From an uncultured virus (IMG/VR IMGVR_UViG_3300043107_000144) (lineage: Duplodnaviria > Heunggongvirae > Uroviricota > Caudoviricetes): a stretch of DNA of 64,000 nt. The stretch is from the IMG/VR virus record IMGVR_UViG_3300043107_000144, one strand, 5' to 3'. The notes beneath the pieces are model-generated. The model made no database searches. It saw nothing but the letters and a program-made list of their open reading frames with translations, and was not told the DNA's origin. Within the stretch, counting starts at the first letter, position 1. Each line of letters opens with the position of its first letter. The translations under genes were made by a program, and so were the position numbers. Of the stretch, positions 56,668 to 64,000 are shown one piece after another.

Positions 56668-56808
56668 TTTGCTTTTTAAAAACAAGGTGTTTACCTTTGC
56701 TAAAGAAGAAAGATACAGCACTCCGCTACGTGCTTGAAATTCATTTGCTTTTATAACCCATACTTGCTTTGTTCGGTAAGTAGAAAGAGAGTGTAGCGGC
56801 TCTCTTTC
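56668..56808 (+). promoter_or_regulatory. Promoter plus structured leader
   Basis: TACCTTTG 56692-56699; CCGCTAC 56723-56729 complementary to hairpin loop GTAGCGG 56793-56799. Confidence 0.6.
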
Positions 56809-56927
56809 CGGCTGCCTGGCAAGAGAAACCTTTATTTTAAAGTCTATGTTTACACAAGAAGGAACGTCAAACTCTTCCTACGATGAGGATGAGATAATCA
56901 TCGAGGAACAAACATTAAAAGAAGATT

Positions 56928-57566
56928 ATGAAGATTAATATAAGAAAGCTCACCGGTATAGAGCTTCTTCGCTCTGCCGCGGCATTCACAACGGGAAAGG
57001 AATGCCACATGAGCCTTGAAACAGCGTATCGAAACGAACACTCGCTCATTAGAACACAGCAGTTCTATATTGAGCTATGTGATATACCACTCTTTGTCGC
57101 CTCGCAGCTTGTAAGAAGCCACGTTGGTGTTCAGTTCTTTATGAGGTCGAATAGAGCCGACAGGGGAGGAAAAGATTTCAGGCAGGAGTGCGAGAAGCTG
57201 TACTCTGATATTATGTCGGATGCCGCCATGTACGATGTCCCGTCAATGGATACCATGCAGAAACTCATTGAGCTTCCGAACAATTATGACAGGTACGCTC
57301 CAACGGATGTATCATTTATCTGCAATGCAGAGATGCTTCTTAACACGTCCCATAAAAGGCTCTGCACGAAGGCGAGCGAGGAGACAAGAATGCTATGGAA
57401 TCAGCTCGTTGTAAAGATGAAGGACGTAGACGCTGCACTTGCTTCACACATGGTTCCAAAATGTATCTACCGTGGCGGAATATGTGGAGAGCCTAGGTGC
57501 TGCAAGTATTACGAATCGGCACTTGGTAGAAGAGAAATGGAAGAATATAAAGCACTGTTTAAATGA
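56928..57566 (+). CDS. thyX: Flavin-dependent thymidylate synthase-like protein
   Basis: EHSLIR, VASQLVRSH...SNR, KRLC.KASEETR, C-terminal Cys cluster. Confidence 0.75.
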   Translation: MKINIRKLTGIELLRSAAAFTTGKECHMSLETAYRNEHSLIRTQQFYIELCDIPLFVASQLVRSHVGVQFFMRSNRADRGGKDFRQECEKLYSDIMSDAAMYDVPSMDTMQKLIELPNNYDRYAPTDVSFICNAEMLLNTSHKRLCTKASEETRMLWNQLVVKMKDVDAALASHMVPKCIYRGGICGEPRCCKYYESALGRREMEEYKALFK

Positions 57567-57796
57567 AGAAATTTATTTCAAGACTAAAGAACCTGCTTAC
57601 CGAGTGGCGGATAGCACGTGCGGTAGGCAGAATCAGGGTGAAGGAAAGAGCCGGCAGGCTTTACCTGCTTGTTGGTGGTACAGCCTTCTCTGAACTGGAT
57701 GACGGACTAATGGCGGAAGATGTTCTTTCGCTTGCTGATGAGGCGAGAAATGCTGCTGCAAGGTATATATCAGATAAATCAAATGATATAAAATGA
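57563..57796 (+). CDS. Hypothetical protein
   Basis: ATGA-coupled 77 aa. Confidence 0.6.
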   Translation: MKKFISRLKNLLTEWRIARAVGRIRVKERAGRLYLLVGGTAFSELDDGLMAEDVLSLADEARNAAARYISDKSNDIK

Positions 57797-58041
57797 CAAG
57801 AGAAGAGCTGAACAATACCCATTGGAGGGAAATATCTCACGCGGCATGGGAGTGTTACTACCTAGCAACCTTCCGTTGTCTGGAACACCCCGACCTTCGG
57901 ATGGTGGTGAAAACCCTTCGCAATGAAGCAGGGTTCGCAACTGGCAGAAGCTACAAGAGATATATCTACAAGGACAAGAGATATAGCAAGGTTGATGATT
58001 TTTTAAATGCGATTAACGATGGAGGAGCAGAGAAAGTGTAA
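57793..58041 (+). CDS. Hypothetical protein
   Basis: ATGA-coupled 82 aa. Confidence 0.6.
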   Translation: MTREELNNTHWREISHAAWECYYLATFRCLEHPDLRMVVKTLRNEAGFATGRSYKRYIYKDKRYSKVDDFLNAINDGGAEKV

Positions 58042-58136
58042 GAATTGCAGGTACTTTACCAAGGGGAGCGGAAACCTAGGCTACTGCTACTGTCTGGATA
58101 TGAGTACGGTATCAAACAAACATAGTTGCACATTCT

Positions 58137-58280
58137 ATGAACAAACGGATAAAGGAGCTAATCGAAACGGTCGGAATAGTGCTGGCGGTAATACTAGCTA
58201 TGACCGGACAAGTAACAAATGATGAGATGTATATGTTGCAGGCAATATCAGTCCTGCTATTGTTAAACCTAATTAAATAA
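58137..58280 (+). CDS. Small two-TM protein (not in ORF track)
   Basis: MNKRIKELIETVGIVLAVILAM...AISVLLLLNLIK. Confidence 0.45.
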   Translation: MNKRIKELIETVGIVLAVILAMTGQVTNDEMYMLQAISVLLLLNLIK

Positions 58281-58283
58281 GCC

Positions 58284-58637
58284 ATGAAAGAAGAAAGAGT
58301 GAACTTACAGCAGTTAGTCAAGGCGAAGACGATTGAAGAAAGAATCAAGCTACTGACTGATGAACTTGAAACCAACAACGGAAAAGGCACCTGTGCCAAT
58401 GCCAAGGCAATCAAGATGGTGATTGGTGATATGGAGCTTGCTAAACAGTCCGAGAGCTACTTAAAAAAGCTAGGCGAAGAGGAAACAAGACGCTTCAACG
58501 CGGAGATGAACGAAGCCAAACTTGAAGTACAGCTTGCCGAAGCCAAGGATGAGAACAAACTGAACAAGCAGGCCGGTTGGTTGCTCGCAGGATTGTTCGC
58601 ACTTGCGTGTATTTTCTTACTTATGTTAAGAGTTTAA
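58284..58637 (+). CDS. Coiled-coil protein with C-terminal TM segment
   Basis: 117 aa. Confidence 0.6.
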   Translation: MKEERVNLQQLVKAKTIEERIKLLTDELETNNGKGTCANAKAIKMVIGDMELAKQSESYLKKLGEEETRRFNAEMNEAKLEVQLAEAKDENKLNKQAGWLLAGLFALACIFLLMLRV

Positions 58638-58648
58638 ACAAAGAAGAT

Positions 58649-58966
58649 ATGAGAGTGATAAGATTGAAACACTTCCCTCTTGGGGATGAGCCTTTGAACC
58701 TTTGCGGAATAGTTTTCTGCAAGGACGGAGTGAAGATAAAGACAAAGAGATTAAACGCAGAAAGAATCAAGGCAGCGCAGCAGATAGAGCTGTTGTTTGT
58801 TGGGTATTACATCGTGTATTGGGCGGAGTTCCTATTCAACTACATGATATGCGGAAACAGCAAGACAGCGAAGTCGAGAGTGAGCTTGATTTTTGAGCAG
58901 AACAAGTACAACCATTTTAGCTGGTATTGTCAATCAAGGCGGTTGTACGCAATGTGGCGAGTATGA
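58649..58966 (+). CDS. Hypothetical protein, possible degenerate HExxH family
   Basis: LNLCGIVF...LNAERIKAAQQIELLFVGYY. Confidence 0.5.
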   Translation: MRVIRLKHFPLGDEPLNLCGIVFCKDGVKIKTKRLNAERIKAAQQIELLFVGYYIVYWAEFLFNYMICGNSKTAKSRVSLIFEQNKYNHFSWYCQSRRLYAMWRV

Positions 58967-59160
58967 AAAGACAGAAATACAGAATCGGTGATACGGTGAG
59001 CGTGGATAACCGAATAAATAAGATTGATGGGGTTATTAGAAGCGTATATCACTACGTAGGTCATTACGTCTACGGTGTATCGGCAAGCGAGGATGATTAT
59101 CCGCTGTTTATTGGCGAGGAAGAAATAAAGTTAGTGAAGGAGGTGAAATATGAAGAGTGA
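58963..59160 (+). CDS. Small SH3/KOW-like hypothetical
   Basis: KYRIGDTVSV. Confidence 0.5.
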   Translation: MKRQKYRIGDTVSVDNRINKIDGVIRSVYHYVGHYVYGVSASEDDYPLFIGEEEIKLVKEVKYEE

Positions 59161-59858
59161 GTTGATGGAAAGATTTGGCGACATAACAATCTATCATGGT
59201 GACTGCTTGGATATTCTTCCAACGCTTCCAGAGAAGAGCGTTGATGTTATCCTCTGCGACCCTCCATACGGAATAGATTATCAATCCGCCTGGCGGATTG
59301 ATAAGTCTTCACGTAAACCAAAGATTGCCAACGACAAGAAGCCATTTACGAAGCCTATCGCAATGCTATCGAGACTACTGAAGGACACGGGGTGCTGTTA
59401 CATCTTCACCCGATGGGATGTACAGCAGGTCTTCATCGACGAGATGAATGCTCACAACCTTCCAGTAAGGAGCGTTATTGTATGGGATAAGGGCTGTCAT
59501 TCGATGGGCGACCTTTACAAGTCCTACGGTTCGCAGTATGAGAGCATTATCTTCTCTTCAAAGGAGAACTTCAGATTTCCGAGCGGGCGACCAGTTGACA
59601 TCATAAAGGCAGCACGGGTGCCTGCCGAGCAGTTATGCCATCCGAATGAGAAGCCATCGCTATTACTGCAAAAAATTATAATTCAATCAGTTAAGAGAGG
59701 GGGGGGTAATTTTAGACTTCTGTATGGGCAGTGGCAGCACGATGTTGGCGGCATACGACTGCGGATGCGGTGGGATAGGCATAGAGATAGACGATGCCTA
59801 CTACGACCTTGTTAAAAAGAGGTTGAAGATTCATCAAGCGCAACTAAGAATTTTTTAA
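59150..59858 (+). CDS. N6/N4 (beta-class) DNA methyltransferase frameshifted at a G8 tract
   Basis: DPPY and HPNEKP in the annotated frame; SAM-binding VILDFCMGSGST...GIEIDD in the +1 frame after G8 59699-59706; stop 59856-59858. Confidence 0.88.
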
Positions 59859-59922
59859 GTTATGATTAAATTTATCAAGAAAAGCGGAAAGGCTAACTAC
59901 AAAGAGAAGAAGGAGGTGAAAT

Positions 59923-61008
59923 ATGAAGAGTGAAGTTATAAAGTCATATAAAGGATTTGACAAAGATTTTAAATGCAGGGACTTCCAATATGAGGTCGGA
60001 AAAGAGTATGAAATTGACGGGGAAATAACAGTCTGCAAGAACGGTTTTCACGCCTGCGAAGATCCATTGGAAGTATGGGACTATTATGATATGCTTAAAT
60101 CGAGATTCGCGGAGGTTGAGCAGTCAGGAGAAATTGATAAAGAAAGTGATTCGACAAAAGTTTGCTCATCTAAGATTAAGATTAAGGCGGAACTAAAATT
60201 AGCAGATATTATCAAACTTGGTGTTGAATGGTTGAAAGAGAAAACATCAATACCAAAAGACACAGATATGAATGATAATGGCGGTGACTATGCGCAGATA
60301 GGTTCAAGCGGTAACTATGCGCAGATAGGTTCAAGCGGTAACTATGCGCAGATAGGTTCAAGCGGTAACTATGCGAAGATAGGTTCAAGCGGTAACTATG
60401 CGCAGATAGGTTCAAGCGGTGACGAAGCGCAGATAGGTTCAAGCGGTGACGAAGCGCAGATAGGTTCAAGCGGTGACTATGCGCAGATAGGTTCAAGCGG
60501 TAACGGAGCGCAGATAGGTTCAAGCGGTAACTATGCGAAGATAGGTTCAAGCGGTTACGGAGCGCAGATAGGTTCAAGCGGTAACTATGCGAAGATAGGT
60601 TCAAGCGGTAACTATGCGAAGATAGGTTCAAGCGGTGACGAAGCGCAGATAGGTTCAAGCGGTAACTATGCGCAGATAGGTTCAAGCGGTGACGAAGCGC
60701 AGATAGGTTCAAGCGGTGACTATGCGCAGATAGGTTCAAGCGGTAACTATGCGAAGATAGGTTCAAGCGGTAACGGAGCGCAGATAGAAAGTACCGGAGA
60801 GGATTCCATCATTTGTTGCGCAGGGCATAATTCTATTGCGAAAGCCAAGAAAGGCTCATGGATTACATTGTCCGAATGGTACCGAAGCGGAGAGAAAGGC
60901 GGATGGGTTCCGAAGTGTGTTAAAACTGAATATGTGGACGGTGAGCGCATTAAGGAAGATACTTGGTACAGATTAGTTAATGGCGAATTTACGGAAGAAA
61001 CGGTATGA
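59923..61008 (+). CDS. Phage protein with central 9-aa repeats (DUF7666-like)
   Basis: YKGFDKDFKCRDFQYEVGKEY...GFHACEDP N-domain and KEDTWYRLVNGEF C-terminus. Confidence 0.75.
   Translation: MKSEVIKSYKGFDKDFKCRDFQYEVGKEYEIDGEITVCKNGFHACEDPLEVWDYYDMLKSRFAEVEQSGEIDKESDSTKVCSSKIKIKAELKLADIIKLGVEWLKEKTSIPKDTDMNDNGGDYAQIGSSGNYAQIGSSGNYAQIGSSGNYAKIGSSGNYAQIGSSGDEAQIGSSGDEAQIGSSGDYAQIGSSGNGAQIGSSGNYAKIGSSGYGAQIGSSGNYAKIGSSGNYAKIGSSGDEAQIGSSGNYAQIGSSGDEAQIGSSGDYAQIGSSGNYAKIGSSGNGAQIESTGEDSIICCAGHNSIAKAKKGSWITLSEWYRSGEKGGWVPKCVKTEYVDGERIKEDTWYRLVNGEFTEETV
60292..60786 (+). repeat. 18 tandem 27-nt coding repeats, A[Q/K]IGSSG[N/D/Y][Y/E/G]
   Basis: gcg[c/a]agataggttcaagcggt + 6 variable nt, x18 plus a partial unit. 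Confidence 0.95.
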
Positions 61009-61301
61009 TTGACGATGAGAAGCATTGGTTGGGGTGCTCATTTTGCAGCAGCGACCCGATTGAGGTTGAGTACGGCTCAAAGGAATGGGCAAGGCGCGAA
61101 GAAGCAAGATTCGAGGAGATGGTTCGCGATACTCCGGACGTGCGCGACATTGGCAAAAAGATAATCATCGGACTACTTATCGCAGTAATGGCGGTGTCAA
61201 TACTCCTCTTGCAGCATAACTACAAAGAGCTGACAAAGAGAGTGAACCACCAAGATGTTATCATTAACCATCTGATTGAAAAGGTCTATGCAAGCGATTG
61301 A
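61005..61301 (+). CDS. Membrane-anchored hypothetical
   Basis: One TM segment. Confidence 0.6.
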   Translation: MIDDEKHWLGCSFCSSDPIEVEYGSKEWARREEARFEEMVRDTPDVRDIGKKIIIGLLIAVMAVSILLLQHNYKELTKRVNHQDVIINHLIEKVYASD

Positions 61302-61524
61302 GGAACAGTGGTTGAGATATGATGCGAAGGTTAAGACAGCCGAAGAACTGTTAGCCTACCTGCAAGCAGGGGATGGTAGTTTCCCCGACAGATACCGCAA
61401 CGAGAAGATAATTAACATTGCGTTTAACGCAATTATTGATGAACTGAAAATCTACAAGGCAGTAAACGAAAGCCGAGCAGACAGATTAAAAAAAGTAATA
61501 GATGACAAAGGAATTGAGAATTAA
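61288..61524 (+). CDS. Hypothetical protein
   Basis: Overlapping ORF starting MQAIEEQW. Confidence 0.55.
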   Translation: MQAIEEQWLRYDAKVKTAEELLAYLQAGDGSFPDRYRNEKIINIAFNAIIDELKIYKAVNESRADRLKKVIDDKGIEN

Positions 61525-62125
61525 CGCAAACGATTATCTTGAAACCCTCTTTTCGGCAACAAGATACGCCATAGGCAGACACTCTTATGTCGTGAGTGAT
61601 GCAGAGGACTACGCGAAGATAATCAGCAGGAACAGAGATAAGTTCTCCGAAGGGCGGCTCTCCTTTCTCGCAAGGGATATAAGAGTGAACATCAGCAACC
61701 AATTACAGTGGACGTGCGACAATATCAGGTCGACAAACTGCTATAATGACCGCTGCGAGTATGATACATTATCGCTGATGATGGAGCTTATACAAGCCAA
61801 GAGGGTTGAGGACTTCGAACACACCATCTTTACATTTGATTGCAGGACGGGTGAGGTTGAAACGACCAAGAGCGAGGAAACATACAGCTTCGGAGCATTC
61901 ATGGCGGAAAGCAGTGATTTGTTCTATTGGCAGATGTTGGCAGATTCCATCGACAGACGGGTGTACGAAGTTCATGCAAGTGGGTATGTGTTTACCTGCT
62001 TAAAGAGTTGGAGTTGGGACACGCAGGAAAAGAAAGCGTTTACCGAGTATCACAATATCAATAAGAACTGGTGCTTTTCCATTCCGAGTGGTTTAACAAC
62101 TAAAGTGGTTAAGATATGGGAATGA
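61502..62125 (+). CDS. Hypothetical protein
   Basis: 207 aa, SATRYAIGRHSY motif. Confidence 0.65.
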   Translation: MTKELRINANDYLETLFSATRYAIGRHSYVVSDAEDYAKIISRNRDKFSEGRLSFLARDIRVNISNQLQWTCDNIRSTNCYNDRCEYDTLSLMMELIQAKRVEDFEHTIFTFDCRTGEVETTKSEETYSFGAFMAESSDLFYWQMLADSIDRRVYEVHASGYVFTCLKSWSWDTQEKKAFTEYHNINKNWCFSIPSGLTTKVVKIWE

Positions 62126-62514
62126 TTATATGTAGTGTGATTTATATGACAGCAGTTATCGCCTTGTTCAATATGAATTGGCGGTTGCGCGACAAATGCC
62201 ATCGGTTGACAGTGGAAAAGGCTGCATTGCAAATGAAATGCAATGATTTGGAAGAAAATGTGAAGTACTCAAAGCTATTGTTGGAGAAATCCTACACCAA
62301 TCAAGAAACGCTAAACCATGCAAACAGCCTTGTGCGAGCGTTTATGCAGCCTGCTGAACACTTCGATATTGGCAGAAGCCTTAAAGGTAAGACAACGGTT
62401 TTCGCTTTTCATGGTGAGGATAGGTACTTCAATGTAGTGAAGGTGTTCGATTCTTCTGATGCGGATGCAAACGAGAAGAAAGCAAGAGAATTGGTTAAAA
62501 TGTTGGAGGAATGA
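62116..62514 (+). CDS. Hypothetical protein with N-terminal TM segment
   Basis: 132 aa. Confidence 0.6.
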   Translation: MGMIICSVIYMTAVIALFNMNWRLRDKCHRLTVEKAALQMKCNDLEENVKYSKLLLEKSYTNQETLNHANSLVRAFMQPAEHFDIGRSLKGKTTVFAFHGEDRYFNVVKVFDSSDADANEKKARELVKMLEE

Positions 62515-63023
62515 ATATGATAAAGAAAGAATTAGAAAATATGCTTGCGTGGTTCGCTAATGGGGTTTCTCTGTACTTTGAAACCGAACATTCTCCCGAA
62601 TCAGTGAAGAATGGTGTGTATGAGTATTACAAAGAACTTCACACAGCATTAAGGAAGTATGCAAAGATTAACTTCGCAAACCTTACAGATGCGGAATGTG
62701 ATTTACTTGGCTTTGGTGATTGGAGTAACAAGCATGGCGCGGAAGAAGAAATAAAGGAGATTGTTGAGCAGATGAAATCCTGCAAAACGGAAGATGAAAC
62801 AAATAGGTTACTTGAACAGATAAACGCAGCCAAGAAAGGTGTTGGATTAAGACTGATTCCATTGTGGCTTTACAGTCAGATACCGTTAGGCATGGAACTG
62901 ACGGATATATTTGGAAAGAAAGTCATATTTGATGGGACAAATGACAAAGGAACAAGACTTGGCTGTCTTGCGTATGGCATTTATCCGGTGGATGTTAAAC
63001 GATTTGATGATGATAGGCTATGA
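62511..63023 (+). CDS. Hypothetical protein
   Basis: 170 aa, ATGA-coupled. Confidence 0.65.
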   Translation: MNMIKKELENMLAWFANGVSLYFETEHSPESVKNGVYEYYKELHTALRKYAKINFANLTDAECDLLGFGDWSNKHGAEEEIKEIVEQMKSCKTEDETNRLLEQINAAKKGVGLRLIPLWLYSQIPLGMELTDIFGKKVIFDGTNDKGTRLGCLAYGIYPVDVKRFDDDRL

Positions 63024-63277
63024 AAGAGGAAAACAAAGACAAGTCTGAAATGCTACATAAAAAGCTCGATGGGATTAAGCGTCTAATGCACCCACGTGAT
63101 AGCTTAGCCAATTATGTATGTTTGTTCGGGTGTGAAGATAAATTCGAATGTGAAGTTTTAGGCTGTTGCAATATTATGCAGGACGTAATCAACATATTTG
63201 AACGCCACGAAAATCAGATACAAAGGGAGCTATATCAAGAAATGATTAAAGTACGTAAAGAAATCAAAGCCTTATGA
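63020..63277 (+). CDS. Hypothetical protein
   Basis: 85 aa, ATGA-coupled. Confidence 0.6.
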   Translation: MKEENKDKSEMLHKKLDGIKRLMHPRDSLANYVCLFGCEDKFECEVLGCCNIMQDVINIFERHENQIQRELYQEMIKVRKEIKAL

Positions 63278-63594
63278 AAGAACTTGAAGTGAAATCAATG
63301 TTATCAGACCCATCAATCCCCGACAGCTATAAGTTAGGCGGTCGTTTGGATGAGAGATTCTTGGCAGGGGTTGAGTATGCCGAAGCGGTGATTGAGAAAG
63401 CACCGTTGCTTTGGGCGGCTAGAGATAAAGATGATGAAGTGAACTTCTTTGCTAATAAGCCATCCTATGACGTGTGCTACAATAGTTTCATGTCAGCGAC
63501 AAACTCAAAGGCAGCGGTAAACAAGTGGTTCCCGGAAATTACTTGGGAGAACAGTCCTAAGAAGGTTAGATTAATTTTGGAGGATGAAGAATGA
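63274..63594 (+). CDS. Hypothetical protein
   Basis: WAARDKD...FPEITWENSPKKV. Confidence 0.65.
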   Translation: MKELEVKSMLSDPSIPDSYKLGGRLDERFLAGVEYAEAVIEKAPLLWAARDKDDEVNFFANKPSYDVCYNSFMSATNSKAAVNKWFPEITWENSPKKVRLILEDEE

Positions 63595-63755
63595 AGATTA
63601 AAAGAAAAGAGCTTGAAGGAATAAACTATTTCCTGAACAAGATTATAGAACTTTCAACGCCACCAAACTACGATGTGTTTGAAGTCTTCTATAACCTGAA
63701 AGAAATAGAGAAGCTAACAAAGGCAATAAAAGCAATATTGAAGGAGGGAAAATAA
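63591..63755 (+). CDS. Small hypothetical (not in ORF track)
   Basis: 54 aa, ATGA-coupled. Confidence 0.5.
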   Translation: MKIKRKELEGINYFLNKIIELSTPPNYDVFEVFYNLKEIEKLTKAIKAILKEGK

Positions 63756-64000
63756 ATGATAGATAATAAATACATATTACATCTCGTTCTAAAAGGTAAG
63801 TGGTACGATATGATTAAGTCCGGAGAGAAGTTGGAAGAATACCGAGAAATCACACCATATTGGAAGAAGAGAATCATTGATAAATATCCTTTATATGTGA
63901 AATTCCATCGTGGGTATTCTAACAAGCAAACAATGACCTTTGGTATATCGAATATCACGATAGGCGGTGGACGAATTAAGTGGGGAGCCGACCCAAATAA
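63756..64000 (+). CDS. ASCH-domain protein (partial)
   Basis: LHLVLKGKWYDMIKSGEKLEEYREITPYW...FHRGY. Confidence 0.8.
   Translation, partial: MIDNKYILHLVLKGKWYDMIKSGEKLEEYREITPYWKKRIIDKYPLYVKFHRGYSNKQTMTFGISNITIGGGRIKWGADPN

Noticed and set aside
49983..59858. Methyltransferase frameshifts as plain sequencing errors or pseudogenes
   Set aside because: Breaks are confined to methylases, catalytic motifs are intact, and alternative frames carry meaningful motifs and ATGA couplings. Not fully excluded without raw reads.
60292..60786. 27-nt tandem repeats as a CRISPR array
   Set aside because: No unique spacers; the repeats are in-frame coding units and no cas genes are present.
1..64000. Stop-codon reassignment
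   Set aside because: Long genes are intact under code 11 and TAA, TAG and TGA all end well-defined genes.

Overview
A 64-kb segment of a tailed (siphovirus-like) dsDNA phage or prophage genome. The host is inferred to be Bacteroidota from repeated TTTG...TAnnTTTG promoters and A-rich, SD-less translation starts. Layout: (1) 1-11.6 kb, minus strand: terminase, portal, 2407-aa tail/adhesin protein and a partial fibre gene. (2) 11.7-25.1 kb, plus strand: scaffold, capsid, neck, tail tube, frameshifted tail chaperone and tape measure. (3) 25.2-34.3 kb, minus strand: displaced distal-tail genes, replication proteins, beta-clamp, serine resolvase, DUF559 nuclease. (4) 34.5-45.3 kb: about 29 co-oriented small genes, most preceded by the same hairpin + TAACCAATAAAA leader. 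(5) 45.3-48.9 kb: palindrome-rich control region around an Ala/Lys-repeat gene, then an initiator-like tRNA-Met. (6) 49-64 kb, plus strand: DNA metabolism (KilA-N, three DNA methyltransferases, dUTPase, SMC-like ATPase, ThyX, repeat protein, ASCH). The strongest signal is that all three methyltransferases are broken at G/C homopolymers sharing a GGGGGGGTA/TACCCCCCC context. In two of them the DNA after the tract carries different candidate target-recognition modules in different reading frames, so tract length could select specificity rather than only switching the gene on or off. Product calls come from motif recognition and gene order only; no database searches were run.
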